A DNA stretch of 45,692 nucleotides from Candidatus Saccharibacteria bacterium RIFCSPHIGHO2_12_FULL_41_12 (GTDB lineage: Bacteria > Patescibacteriota > Saccharimonadia > Saccharimonadales > 2-12-FULL-41-12), in NCBI GenBank assembly GCA_001790445.1, contig MGCQ01000009.1:33799-79490 (forward strand). The letters are read 5' to 3'. This document shows positions 9,034 through 18,306 of the stretch, in pieces. A model generated the notes under the pieces. The model worked only from the letters and a program-made list of their open reading frames with translations, did not search any database and was not told the DNA's origin. How positions within the stretch are numbered: the first letter of the stretch is position 1; every line of letters starts with the position of its first letter. The position numbers and the translations under genes are program-made.

Positions 9034-10725
9034 CTATTCTATTGGGCTGGTGAAGTGGGTTTGGAGATAGTTGAGGTGTTTGTCGCGGAATTTACGGAAT
9101 TCAGATTTCTTGAGTCCAGATCGTTTGATAAACGTGCTGATTTTTTCTGAACCAATATAGTGTGGCATCATAACGTAGCTGGCTCCCATTTCATACAGTT
9201 CGCCCGCTTCCGCTACAGAATCTGCATGACAAAGCACCACGGCACTAGGGTTAATCTTTTCAAGATGTTTAATCAAAAACACGTTTGTCAGGTGATCTGT
9301 CATGGTTGAAACAATCAGCTTGCTTTTTTCTATGCCGGCTTCTTTTAGCAGCTCAAGATCTGTTGCATCACCGTAAAGATAGTCGATTTTGCGATGCTCC
9401 AACATTTCGATGACTTCAGGATCATAGTCAATTACTATGTATTTTTTGTTGAGCGATTTGAACACATTGAGAAACTCTCTCCCCCCTTTTTGATATCCAA
9501 AGAGCACAAGTTCATAGTTCTTTCGGGCTCTGGGTTCGCCTTGAGTATGTTTTCGCTCAAAGAGATCAAAATGTTGTTCAAAAAATGCATATATTTGGTC
9601 CGAGTACGTTATCGCATATGTGGAAAAAGCAATGGACATTAAGGTAACAATAGTAACAATAGTGACTAGATCATTACTAATTAGTTCCGCTTTGTAACCC
9701 AGAGCCAGAAAAATAAGCGAAAATTCACTAATTTGACCCAGAGAATTAGCAGTTTTGAAGCTAACCTGTTTGGTGTATCCCAAGAGCCCCATCGTAGCCA
9801 GAACTATCAGCGGCTTAACAAATGTAACGCAGACAAAAATAATCAAAATTATCGGCATGTACACGAGCACGTTATCAAAGGTCAGTTGTGAACCAAGAGA
9901 AACAAAGAACACGACGATAAAGAAATCTCTCAGTGGGCGCAGTCGTGAACTGATTTCTTGGGTGTAGGGCAGTCCAGCTAGACTAATTCCGGCTATTAGG
10001 GCGCCGACCTCAAGGCTAAACCCAGCTTGCCCGTAAAGTGAAGCGATCCCAAAGCCCCAGGCCAAGGCAAACAAAAACAAAAATTCCTGTGAGTCGGCGA
10101 GGATTTTGTGGAATCGGGGTAAAATGTACCCGCCAAAAAGTAATATGGGCACGGTTATGAGTAATCCCTTGATTGAAAGCTCAGTGATAGCGCTTATCGA
10201 CAGAGCTGTCCCATTCCCCCGAGCAGCTAACATTAAAAGAGCTATGGCTGCAACTAAATCCTGGATGATCAGCACACCAGTTACAATTTGGCCGTAGAGC
10301 CGAGTTTGTTCTCGTCTATCTGACAGTAATTTCAATATGATAATAGTACTGCTGAACGAAATAGCGATACCCAGAGCAACGGATTCGGTTTTGTTGAAAT
10401 TAATTAGTATGCCCACTGTATACCCGAACAAAAACGTCAGGCTAATCTGAACAAACCCAACAATACTGGCCACGTTGCCAATATCTTTGATAACTTTTAA
10501 GTTGAGCCCAAGGCCAATAATAAATAGCAATAAGGTTATGCCAATGCTAGCAAATGCTTGCATAATATCTTGAGATTTTGTTAGGTGGAGGATAGTTGAG
10601 CCAACTAAAACACCTGTTATAATGTGCCCAATTATTAAAGGTTGACGAATAATACGCATAATTAATGCAACTATGCCTGCGACGACCATGACGGAGCTTA
10701 TTTCGTAGAAAAGATTATCTTGCAT
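9034..10725 (-). CDS. Monovalent cation:proton antiporter (CPA2/Kef-type) with a C-terminal RCK/TrkA-N domain
   Basis: 563 aa, with about 12 TM helices followed by a soluble Rossmann-like region (LVLFGYQKGGREF...IVIDYDPE...GDATD). Confidence 0.85.
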   Translation of the reverse strand: MQDNLFYEISSVMVVAGIVALIMRIIRQPLIIGHIITGVLVGSTILHLTKSQDIMQAFASIGITLLLFIIGLGLNLKVIKDIGNVASIVGFVQISLTFLFGYTVGILINFNKTESVALGIAISFSSTIIILKLLSDRREQTRLYGQIVTGVLIIQDLVAAIALLMLAARGNGTALSISAITELSIKGLLITVPILLFGGYILPRFHKILADSQEFLFLFALAWGFGIASLYGQAGFSLEVGALIAGISLAGLPYTQEISSRLRPLRDFFIVVFFVSLGSQLTFDNVLVYMPIILIIFVCVTFVKPLIVLATMGLLGYTKQVSFKTANSLGQISEFSLIFLALGYKAELISNDLVTIVTIVTLMSIAFSTYAITYSDQIYAFFEQHFDLFERKHTQGEPRARKNYELVLFGYQKGGREFLNVFKSLNKKYIVIDYDPEVIEMLEHRKIDYLYGDATDLELLKEAGIEKSKLIVSTMTDHLTNVFLIKHLEKINPSAVVLCHADSVAEAGELYEMGASYVMMPHYIGSEKISTFIKRSGLKKSEFRKFRDKHLNYLQTHFTSPIE

Positions 10726-10970
10726 AAATATGTGTTTATTTCGCTTACGCTAATTATACTCGACTTGCCTGAGAATCACCATAATCCCAAGAAGGAGTCG
10801 AATATTATTGAAAATATTTGACTTCGCAAACCGCTTTAGTTTAGACTACTTGTATATCCTCGGAGTTTCAAAGTGAATTTGACAAGTTTGCTTTGAGAAA
10901 TAAACAAAAACAATAAAAATAAAATAGCAAAACAACTTGTTGCTGATTTCGGGGAGAAAGGGAGCAACCA

Positions 10971-11063
10971 ATGCCTATCAAGGTAAAAGTTATTAGTTCG
11001 CGGCAAACACGTCTGGAAGTACGAGTTGTCCGTCCTAAGTGGCAAAACTACCTGATGTATTAG
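10971..11063 (+). CDS. Candidate 30-aa small ORF with a strong Shine-Dalgarno sequence
   Basis: GGGGAGAAAGGGAG ends 7 nt before ATG 10971. The hand translation is MPIKVKVISSRQTRLEVRVVRPKWQNYLMY. A large hairpin follows. No homology recognised. Confidence 0.25.
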   Translation: MPIKVKVISSRQTRLEVRVVRPKWQNYLMY

Positions 11064-11071
11064 TAATATTA

Positions 11072-11141
11072 GTTGAGCCCCGAACCAGCTTTAGCGAGTA
11101 CGAGCGTAAAAACTCTAAAACGAGCTGGTTCGAAGTTCAAC
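11072..11141. terminator. Long imperfect hairpin between convergent transcription units
   Basis: GTTGAGCCCCGAACCAGCT (11072-11090) pairs with AGCTGGTTCGAAGTTCAAC (11123-11141), with a 10-bp perfect core and a 32-nt loop. There is no clear U-tract, so terminator function is uncertain. Confidence 0.3.
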
Positions 11142-11156
11142 TAATGGCCAAACGGT

Positions 11157-11801
11157 TTATTTATTTGAAGCTAGAGCTTCGTCAATAACTTTTTGAAATT
11201 CTTCTACACTTTTTGGGCTAGTAATTTTTTTGCCATTAATGAAAAAGGTTGGAGTTGAGTTGGCACCAACGGTCTGAGCGTCTTTGGCATTGGCGTTAAT
11301 GATGCTGGATATCTGTTCTGACGCCACATCTTTCTTAAATTGGTCCACATTTAGCCCTAGCTGTTTGGCAAACTCTTCAAAAATAGGGGTAGGGCTTTGT
11401 TCTTGAGCCCAAGAATCTTGGTTTTCATATAGTAGGTCATGATACTCAAAGAACTTGCCTTGTTTGCCAGCAGCTTCTGCTGCTCTGGCTGCCACAAAAG
11501 AATTTGGGTGGATTTGGACTAGAGGAAAATGCTTGAACTCAAAAACAATTTTGTCTTTGTTGGTTTCTTTAATTTGTTTGACTATAGGGTAGTAGCTTTT
11601 GCAGGCAGGACATTGGAAATCGCCGTATTCTGTAAGTGTAACTTTGCTGGAAAGGTTTCCTACTTTGTGGCTTGGGATTTCTGTGGAAGATTTGGCACCA
11701 CCGTTCTGCGTGGGTTTATTTTCGTTTTTCTTTGTGAGAACTAAAACTCCACCAAGTAGACCAATGACTATGACTACTATCAATAAAAATTGCTTGCTCA
11801 T
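11157..11801 (-). CDS. DsbA-family thiol:disulfide oxidoreductase, N-terminally anchored
   Basis: N-terminal TM helix, CPAC active site within YGDFQCPACKSY, thioredoxin-fold length. A GGAGGG Shine-Dalgarno sequence lies upstream. Confidence 0.85.
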   Translation of the reverse strand: MSKQFLLIVVIVIGLLGGVLVLTKKNENKPTQNGGAKSSTEIPSHKVGNLSSKVTLTEYGDFQCPACKSYYPIVKQIKETNKDKIVFEFKHFPLVQIHPNSFVAARAAEAAGKQGKFFEYHDLLYENQDSWAQEQSPTPIFEEFAKQLGLNVDQFKKDVASEQISSIINANAKDAQTVGANSTPTFFINGKKITSPKSVEEFQKVIDEALASNK

Positions 11802-11874
11802 TTACCCTCCGATATATATGTTAGTCTTCATTTTATCATAGAGCCTACCATGACTTCTAGATTGAACAGATTTG

Positions 11875-11883
11875 TTGTAAAAT
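11875..11883 (+). promoter_or_regulatory. Extended -10 box (TGtTAAAAT) 6 nt upstream of ATG 11890
   Basis: Read directly from the sequence. No Shine-Dalgarno sequence fits between the box and the ATG, which implies a leaderless transcript. Confidence 0.4.
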
Positions 11884-11889
11884 ATTACC

Positions 11890-12801
11890 ATGATACCATT
11901 GGGGATAATTTTATTTATAATCGTGATAATTTTATTTTGTCTAGATCGTAAAATTTCTAATGTACATTTAACAAAACTGCAAAATGTTGCCCAAACTCCA
12001 CAAAATAGGGCACTGAAAAACTTAGCTTTTAGGCGTTCTCAGAGTTTATTCTTGCTTAGAACGCTACTATTTATTATTGGTTTTAGCGGGCTATACATCG
12101 CGATGACTCATTTAGATTATTTATATGCCTTAGTTTTGGTTGTTGCAGTAGTTTTGATTTTAAAAATACTAGAAAAAAAGATGAAAATTCTTGATCCAGT
12201 ATTGACAAGACTTATGCTCCCAATTGATCAATTTGTTAGACGTTATGATCATCAGCTCAACAAGCTAAGCAAATATTTTATAGGTGCTGAAAGTGACTTA
12301 AGAATCTATAGACCTTATGATGACAAGGAGTTTAAAAAACTAATTATCAGTTTGAGTAGTAGCGATAATCTTGTAAATAAAAAAGTACTTGGCAAAATTG
12401 AAAATCTTTTCAGGCTTGAGTATAAAACTGTCGAAGATATTATGATACCAATGTCAAAAGTTATAGTTATTGATGAAGATGATTATGTTGGCCCAATTTT
12501 GCTTGATGAACTACATAAAACAACGCGCGTCATATTTCCTGTAGCTGCAGAAGGTCAAATTATTGGCAGTGTTCATTTATCAGATATGAAAGACCACACA
12601 GGAAAAACTAAAATTAAAGATCTGGCTAAATCAAAAATTAATTATGTTCAGGAAGATGCGACGGTGCAGGACCTTATTGAAGTTATTTCTGAATATAAGA
12701 ATGAGCAATTTCTTGTCCTAGATGGCAAGGAAAATATTCAAGGAGTGGTAGATATTTATCAGGTTATACAACTTCTTTTTGATCAAAAGACTGATAAATA
12801 G
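11890..12801 (+). CDS. Membrane protein with a C-terminal CBS-domain pair (CorC/DUF21-like, short)
   Basis: Two or three N-terminal TM helices. The C-terminus VEDIMIPMSKVIVIDEDD...IIGSVHLSDM...VQDLIEVISEYKNEQFLVLDGKENIQGVVD is typical of tandem CBS domains. Confidence 0.7.
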   Translation: MIPLGIILFIIVIILFCLDRKISNVHLTKLQNVAQTPQNRALKNLAFRRSQSLFLLRTLLFIIGFSGLYIAMTHLDYLYALVLVVAVVLILKILEKKMKILDPVLTRLMLPIDQFVRRYDHQLNKLSKYFIGAESDLRIYRPYDDKEFKKLIISLSSSDNLVNKKVLGKIENLFRLEYKTVEDIMIPMSKVIVIDEDDYVGPILLDELHKTTRVIFPVAAEGQIIGSVHLSDMKDHTGKTKIKDLAKSKINYVQEDATVQDLIEVISEYKNEQFLVLDGKENIQGVVDIYQVIQLLFDQKTDK

Positions 12802-12813
12802 TAAACTAATCAG

Positions 12814-14124
12814 ATGAGAACGCTTGCTCGGGATATACATACTCACATTGATGAACAAGTGACAATCAATGGCTGGCTACATAAAAAACGCTTGCTGGGG
12901 GGGTTAAATTTTATAAATGTCCGTGACAGATCAGGACTTGTTCAAGTATTAATTCAAGAAAAATCAGAAATTGAAAAACTCCGAGGACTGCAAATCGGGA
13001 GTGTACTTGAGATTAAAGGCAAAGTTATTAGTGATAAGCGAGCTCCTGGTGGCGCAGAGATACGCGAACCTGGAATAACTGTGATTGTCCCTGTAACGGA
13101 TGAGCCACCAATAGAGGTTGATAAACCAATTTCTCATAAATCAGAAAATCTCGATACTTTATTTGAATATAGAACTTACGGGCTAAGGAATCTTCAAGAA
13201 ACAGCAATTTTTCAAATCCAAAGCAAGATTTGCGCCAGTATCAGAAACTATTTTTATGAGAATGATTTTAAAGAAATTCATACCCCAAAACTTTTAGCGG
13301 CAGCAACAGAAGGAGGAGCTGAAGTATTTAAACTTGATTATTTTGGACAAGAAGCTACTTTGGCTCAAAGCCCACAGTTTTACAAACAAATGATGGTAGG
13401 GGTTTTTGAGCGAGTTTTTGAAATTGCACCGGTTTATCGGGCAGAACCAAGCGCTACGACTCGCCACATGACCGAATATACCTCTATTGACGGCGAGATG
13501 GGTTTTATAGACATCAATGACTTGAAGACTTTCTTGAGCGGACTGCTCAACAAAGTAGTTGATGAAGTATGGGCAAAATATGAGCCAGATTTGAAACGTT
13601 GGAATACCACCAAGCCGATTTTGCCTAAAGAGATCCCGACGCTTCCTATGTCTGAAATACATGAAAAATATTCAAAAGCAAACAATGAAAATACTGTTGG
13701 TGAGTTGGATTTAAGACCAGACGAAGAGCGATGGATTTGCGAATATGCCAAAAAACACTTGGGTAGTGAAGCAGTTTTTGTAAGCGATTGGCCTGCCAGT
13801 GATATGAAATTTTATCATAAATCCCAAGCAGAGAATCCTGATCTAGCAGAAAGAGTTGATCTGCTTTTTAGAGGAGTTGAAATAACAACCGGGAGCATGC
13901 GTGAAAACCACTACGGCGTTTTAATTAAGCAATTAAAGAATAAAGCCGGTGGTGACCCCAAAGATCCTGGTTTTAAGTATTTTCTTCAAGCAATGCAGGC
14001 AGGTATGCCTCCGCACGGTGGATTTGGCATGGGGCTAGAAAGATTAACCCAAAAAATAGTTGGTCTGAATAACGTTAAGGAAGCGACACTTTTCCCTCGT
14101 GATATAAACCGACTTACTCCCTGA
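12814..14124 (+). CDS. aspS: Aspartate--tRNA ligase, archaeal/eukaryal type (type 2)
   Basis: 436 aa. N-terminal OB fold, QSPQFYKQ, class II motifs (FRAEPSATTRHMTEYTSID, GGFGMGLERL). The length fits the short archaeal-type AspRS. Confidence 0.9.
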   Translation: MRTLARDIHTHIDEQVTINGWLHKKRLLGGLNFINVRDRSGLVQVLIQEKSEIEKLRGLQIGSVLEIKGKVISDKRAPGGAEIREPGITVIVPVTDEPPIEVDKPISHKSENLDTLFEYRTYGLRNLQETAIFQIQSKICASIRNYFYENDFKEIHTPKLLAAATEGGAEVFKLDYFGQEATLAQSPQFYKQMMVGVFERVFEIAPVYRAEPSATTRHMTEYTSIDGEMGFIDINDLKTFLSGLLNKVVDEVWAKYEPDLKRWNTTKPILPKEIPTLPMSEIHEKYSKANNENTVGELDLRPDEERWICEYAKKHLGSEAVFVSDWPASDMKFYHKSQAENPDLAERVDLLFRGVEITTGSMRENHYGVLIKQLKNKAGGDPKDPGFKYFLQAMQAGMPPHGGFGMGLERLTQKIVGLNNVKEATLFPRDINRLTP

Positions 14125-14178
14125 TAAAACATAGAAAAAACTTACCAAATCTGTTATGCTTATGTTTGGTAAATAGCT

Positions 14179-16290
14179 ATGGCAAAAAAGAAAAAAGACA
14201 ATTCAAAAGAGACGTCCAGCGAGTATCCAGATGTAGAGATTGAAAAAAAGGTTGACGCTATGATGAGCATTGAGCCTGAGGAGACTTCGCAAGAACCAGA
14301 TTTACAACCACCTGAACCGTCTATCAGTACAGCTCCTTTACTAAATGAAGAGAATTCAGAAAAAAAGGATAAAGATTCAACGGAGACTGAACCAAAAGAA
14401 GTAGTTCCGGTAGTAGAAGTTGAAGACAAAAAAGAACCAGAAACACCAGAAACGGATGAAATTAGCGGAGAAGATACAGAACCTGTTCTTGACCAAACAA
14501 TTCAAGAACTTCAAGAACAAATCAACAATGCAAGTTCTAATGAATCTGCGGAATTAAGCCAGCCTATTGCCCCAGAAAATTTAGAATCTAGTGAAGCAGT
14601 ATCCGAAAGCGATGCCATTGATGACATAGTAGCAATGGAATCAGATAACATCATGAATGTTGAAGATAAGCAGAGAGAAGCACTGGATAATCCAGTTAAG
14701 GCTTCAAAATTTTCAAAATTTGGAAAAGCTTTTAAGAGTATTTTCACTGACCCCAAAAAACGAAAAATTTTAATAGCGGTTGTTATTTTGCTTATTTTAG
14801 TTTGTGCACTTGTGCCAACGTCAAGATACTTTTTGCTTAATTCTTTTGGTGTTCGAGGTTCCAGCTCAGTGAAGGTTACAGATGAAAAGACTCTGCAGCC
14901 ACTGAAGAACGTTGAAGTATCAATTGGCAAAATAAGTTCAAAAACCGACAAAGAAGGTAGGGTTACTGTCAATAATATTAAACTTGGCCAGCAAGAAATA
15001 GTTGTTAAAAAACCTGCCTTTGCTTCAATCAACAAAACAGTAGTTATCGGCTGGGGATCAAATCCATTGGGAGAATATAAATTAAACCCGGTTGGTAGCC
15101 ATTATAATTTTAATCTGAAAGAGTTTTTGTCATCTCAACCTATCAAATCAGCAGAAGTAGAGACAAGCGATGGGCAATCAACAGCTGTGTCTAATGAAAA
15201 AGGTGAAGTAAGCTTGGTGGTAGAAGACACAAAACAGCCAGAAATTAAAGTAAAAATACACGCAGATAAATTCAGAGAAGAGAACATGACACTTGATCGT
15301 AATGACAAACAAACAAGAGAGGTTGCGATGGTCCCGGAGCACAAGCATGCTTTTGTCTCAAAAAGAAGCGGGAAATATGATCTTTATTCTGTATATATTG
15401 ATGGCAAGGATGAGCAAAAACTTCTCAGTGGTAGTGGATATGAAAAACCCGATACTTTGATGATTTCACCAGCGTTAGAATCAAGTAAAATAGCTTTTAT
15501 TACCACTAGAGACAATAATCGCAATAAAGATGGGTTTTTACTAAGCAGTTTGTACCTCGTAGATGTTAATGATAAGAGCAACAAGGTCATTGCTCGATCA
15601 GAAAGAATTCAAATTATTGGCTGGTTTGAGCAGAGGCTTGTTTATGTAAAAGCAACAGAAGGTGCAAGTGCTGAAAATTCTTCCAGGCACAAACTAATGT
15701 CGTATAACACGGGGTCGGGTGAGGAAAAAGAACTTGCTAGCGCGAACTACTTCAATGATGTTCTGGCAGCCTCTGGCAGTATTTACTATGCTCCGACTTC
15801 TTTTAAGACTGCAGGGTCACTTGGGCTCTTCAGAATTACCCCAGATGGTACCAATAAACAAACAATTATTAACCAAGAAACATGGAATATTCTCAGGCAA
15901 AACCAAGAGAAGTTAGCTATTGCTGTAGGTCAACAGTGGTACGAATATGGTCTAAATGACAGTAAATTAAGTAAATTGCCTGGTGCACCCGCTGCAACAG
16001 ACAGCAAGGTTATTGTTGATAATTCAGATAAGCAGAATGCGTTAGTTGATCAGCGAGACGGCAAAGGCGTTCTGCTGCTTTACGACAAAACGTCTAAAAA
16101 GGACAAACAACTTGCTAGCGAATCAGGGCTTGCAAATCCTATATATTGGCTTAGCAATGACGTTATTGTGTTTAGGGTGGCAAATAACAACGAAATTGCG
16201 GATTACGTAGTTAGCACAAAAGGTGGAGAAAAAAAGAAAGTTGCTAGTGTGACTAACACGGCGGGTATTGACCGCTGGTACTACTACTAA
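14179..16290 (+). CDS. Membrane-anchored protein with an acidic N-terminal tail, an Ig/carboxypeptidase-regulatory-like domain and a TolB-like beta-propeller region
   Basis: 703 aa. Glu/Pro/Ser-rich N-terminus, a single TM helix (ILIAVVILLILVCALV), then repeated beta-rich segments resembling PD40/TolB repeats. The domain calls are tentative. Confidence 0.65.
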   Translation: MAKKKKDNSKETSSEYPDVEIEKKVDAMMSIEPEETSQEPDLQPPEPSISTAPLLNEENSEKKDKDSTETEPKEVVPVVEVEDKKEPETPETDEISGEDTEPVLDQTIQELQEQINNASSNESAELSQPIAPENLESSEAVSESDAIDDIVAMESDNIMNVEDKQREALDNPVKASKFSKFGKAFKSIFTDPKKRKILIAVVILLILVCALVPTSRYFLLNSFGVRGSSSVKVTDEKTLQPLKNVEVSIGKISSKTDKEGRVTVNNIKLGQQEIVVKKPAFASINKTVVIGWGSNPLGEYKLNPVGSHYNFNLKEFLSSQPIKSAEVETSDGQSTAVSNEKGEVSLVVEDTKQPEIKVKIHADKFREENMTLDRNDKQTREVAMVPEHKHAFVSKRSGKYDLYSVYIDGKDEQKLLSGSGYEKPDTLMISPALESSKIAFITTRDNNRNKDGFLLSSLYLVDVNDKSNKVIARSERIQIIGWFEQRLVYVKATEGASAENSSRHKLMSYNTGSGEEKELASANYFNDVLAASGSIYYAPTSFKTAGSLGLFRITPDGTNKQTIINQETWNILRQNQEKLAIAVGQQWYEYGLNDSKLSKLPGAPAATDSKVIVDNSDKQNALVDQRDGKGVLLLYDKTSKKDKQLASESGLANPIYWLSNDVIVFRVANNNEIADYVVSTKGGEKKKVASVTNTAGIDRWYYY

Positions 16291-16310
16291 AGCTTTAGTT
16301 ATTATGGTTA

Positions 16311-16319
16311 TGCTAAAAT
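16311..16319 (+). promoter_or_regulatory. Extended -10 box (TGcTAAAAT) 6 nt upstream of ATG 16326
   Basis: Read directly from the sequence. No Shine-Dalgarno sequence is possible in the 6-nt gap. Confidence 0.4.
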
Positions 16320-16325
16320 GTTTGT

Positions 16326-16643
16326 ATGCAAGAGGATATTATCAGTTCAGACAAAAAAATCGAGAAAATAATGAATAATATTCCTGTGGTTCCTGCACCG
16401 ACTCAACCGCCTCAGCAACCAAGCAATACGACAGTGATGGACATAAAAAAACCAGAAGTCCAACAGAAAAAACCAGAAGATAATTCAGCTAAACAATCGA
16501 AGAAACAAGCTCCAACCAAAAACAAGCCACATCCAAATATGGGTGTGATAATCTTTGCGTGTTTAATTTGTGCATTGTTGGTGAGTCTGGCGATATACAT
16601 CCAAATGAAGTCGCCAGAGGCTTCCAGTGCAATTCAAAACTAG
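16326..16643 (+). CDS. Small Pro/Gln/Lys-rich protein with a C-terminal TM helix
   Basis: 105-aa ORF with a hydrophobic stretch GVIIFACLICALLVSLAIYI. No family recognised. Confidence 0.5.
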   Translation: MQEDIISSDKKIEKIMNNIPVVPAPTQPPQQPSNTTVMDIKKPEVQQKKPEDNSAKQSKKQAPTKNKPHPNMGVIIFACLICALLVSLAIYIQMKSPEASSAIQN

Positions 16644-16647
16644 TAGA

Positions 16648-17568
16648 TCAAACTGACTTTTTATTCAGAGTGATCTGGGTATCAGCCAGTTCGATATCTC
16701 GGTGACGGAATTCTTCAATTAGTTTTTCGTATAACCTGCCAACAACCTCTAGCTGTTCGTCTGGGGTGGTGGTCCCCAGTACTCTAATTACAATGCCGTC
16801 TTTGTCAAGTTTAATGACACGATCAAAATATGGGGCTTCTTTAATCATTGGACCAAGAATTTTATCTTTATCCATTGCTTGTCCTACGTCGTTAACAATT
16901 TCACGAACTTTGTCTACGGAAGAATTTTTGGCAATTAATATATCTTCTCTAATTCCGCCAAAATCAACTGTTTGGTTAGTTGCTACAACTATTGAGCCGT
17001 TGGTTATATGATGCCGATCTCCCTTAAGATCCCGTAGGACTGTAGTTCGGATAGTCACTGCTTCAACTTTGCCGGCTACTCCGTCAATATCAACATAGTC
17101 ACCAACTCTGTATTGGTTATCGATAATAATAAATATGCCACTGGTAAAATCTTTAATCAAGCTTTGTGCGCCAAATCCTAGAGCAATACCAATCACGCCA
17201 GCACTAGCAAACAAAGGTGCGGTATTTATACCAAATTCGCCGATTATGAGGATAAACACAACACCGTAAATAATAATTCTAAGGACTACATTGACAAGAC
17301 CTTCGATAGTCTTGAGTCGTCTTTCTCTGTCAACCCGTGATGGGTACAGGTCTGCTCTGACAGTGTGGTGGAGCAAGCTTGATATAAACTTGCTTGCAAG
17401 AGCGTGTGTAATCCAAGCAATAATTAATATTATTACTATATCTGGTCCGTGTTCGTGAAGCCAGTTCTTGGTGTTTAAATATGCAAGATCATAGTAGTTG
17501 CTTATTTGCGTAAAGATCTTCTCAAACATATAATGATTATAGCGCAATATATTATTAAACTTAAGCAA
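16648..17568 (-). CDS. Small-conductance mechanosensitive channel (MscS family)
   Basis: TM helices followed by GDYVDIDGVAGKVEAVTIRTTVLRDLKGDRHHITNGSIV, the MscS beta-domain signature. The start may be the internal MFEKIF. Confidence 0.9.
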   Translation of the reverse strand: MLKFNNILRYNHYMFEKIFTQISNYYDLAYLNTKNWLHEHGPDIVIILIIAWITHALASKFISSLLHHTVRADLYPSRVDRERRLKTIEGLVNVVLRIIIYGVVFILIIGEFGINTAPLFASAGVIGIALGFGAQSLIKDFTSGIFIIIDNQYRVGDYVDIDGVAGKVEAVTIRTTVLRDLKGDRHHITNGSIVVATNQTVDFGGIREDILIAKNSSVDKVREIVNDVGQAMDKDKILGPMIKEAPYFDRVIKLDKDGIVIRVLGTTTPDEQLEVVGRLYEKLIEEFRHRDIELADTQITLNKKSV

Positions 17569-17582
17569 TTAGAGGTGCGAAC

Positions 17583-17927
17583 ATGACATTTGATGAATAC
17601 CAAAAACAGGCAATACTTACTGATTCGTTTGATGGCAAAACCGTCGATATTGATTCACATGCATTTATCAGTAAACTTCTTGGTCTGGTTGGCGAGTCGG
17701 GCGAGGTAGCAGAGAAGTTCAAAAAAATCTTTAGAGACAAAGGTGGCAAAATAACATCGGCAGATATCGAAGAGATTTCGAAGGAACTCGGTGATGTACT
17801 TTGGTATACAAGTGCAATGGCTTGTTACTTGGGTCTTTCACTAGAAGACATTGCCAACAATAATCTCACAAAAGTTCATAGTCGCAAATCACGAGGTCAA
17901 ACCAAAGGTTCCGGAGACAACAGATGA
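17583..17927 (+). CDS. MazG-like nucleotide pyrophosphohydrolase domain protein
   Basis: 114 aa. LLGLVGESGEVAEKFKK...ELGDVLWY matches the MazG EExxE-type helices. A GAGGTG Shine-Dalgarno sequence lies upstream. Confidence 0.85.
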   Translation: MTFDEYQKQAILTDSFDGKTVDIDSHAFISKLLGLVGESGEVAEKFKKIFRDKGGKITSADIEEISKELGDVLWYTSAMACYLGLSLEDIANNNLTKVHSRKSRGQTKGSGDNR

Positions 17928-18295
17928 TCAAAGGCTTGCATCACATTGGTTTTCAAGTGGATGATTTGGAGGAAGCTGTCCTGTATTACAAATCGCTTGG
18001 TTTTAACGAAATAAATCGTTTTGAATATGAAGAAGTGGAATTTCAAGGCGTAATGATGAAGGCTGCAGAATACGGTAATATTGAATTTTTCAAATTCAAT
18101 AATCCTAACCATGAAATGGTTGGCAAAATCAAAAGTCACTCAGCATTTGAAACAGATGATATTGAAACAGATATCCAAAGTTTTTTAGATAGAGGTTACG
18201 AATTAGCTATTCCAATTGCATCAGGTAAAATTGTTAAAAAACGCGGATACGTAAAAGATGCTTATGGCAATTTTATAGAACTTCTTGAGCTATAG
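17924..18295 (+). CDS. VOC/glyoxalase-family protein
   Basis: 123 aa. The N-terminus GLHHIGFQVDDLEEAVLYYKSLGF is typical of the glyoxalase/bleomycin-resistance fold. It overlaps the mazG-like gene by 4 nt. Confidence 0.8.
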   Translation: MIKGLHHIGFQVDDLEEAVLYYKSLGFNEINRFEYEEVEFQGVMMKAAEYGNIEFFKFNNPNHEMVGKIKSHSAFETDDIETDIQSFLDRGYELAIPIASGKIVKKRGYVKDAYGNFIELLEL

Positions 18296-18306
18296 AACTT
18301 AACAAG

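Noticed and set aside
10836-11045. A 69-aa minus-strand track ORF in the same spacer.
   Set aside because: It has no Shine-Dalgarno sequence or promoter context and an implausible composition. It is antisense to the much better supported SD-preceded small ORF.
10726-11050. A c-di-AMP (ydaO-type) or other riboswitch in the long region upstream of the K+/H+ antiporter.
   Set aside because: There is only a weak CCCCGAAAUCAGCAAC resemblance. The conserved ACGGGGA/GGGGUGAAUC elements are absent. The antiporter has a -10 box only 27 nt from its ATG, leaving the distal region outside its likely transcript.
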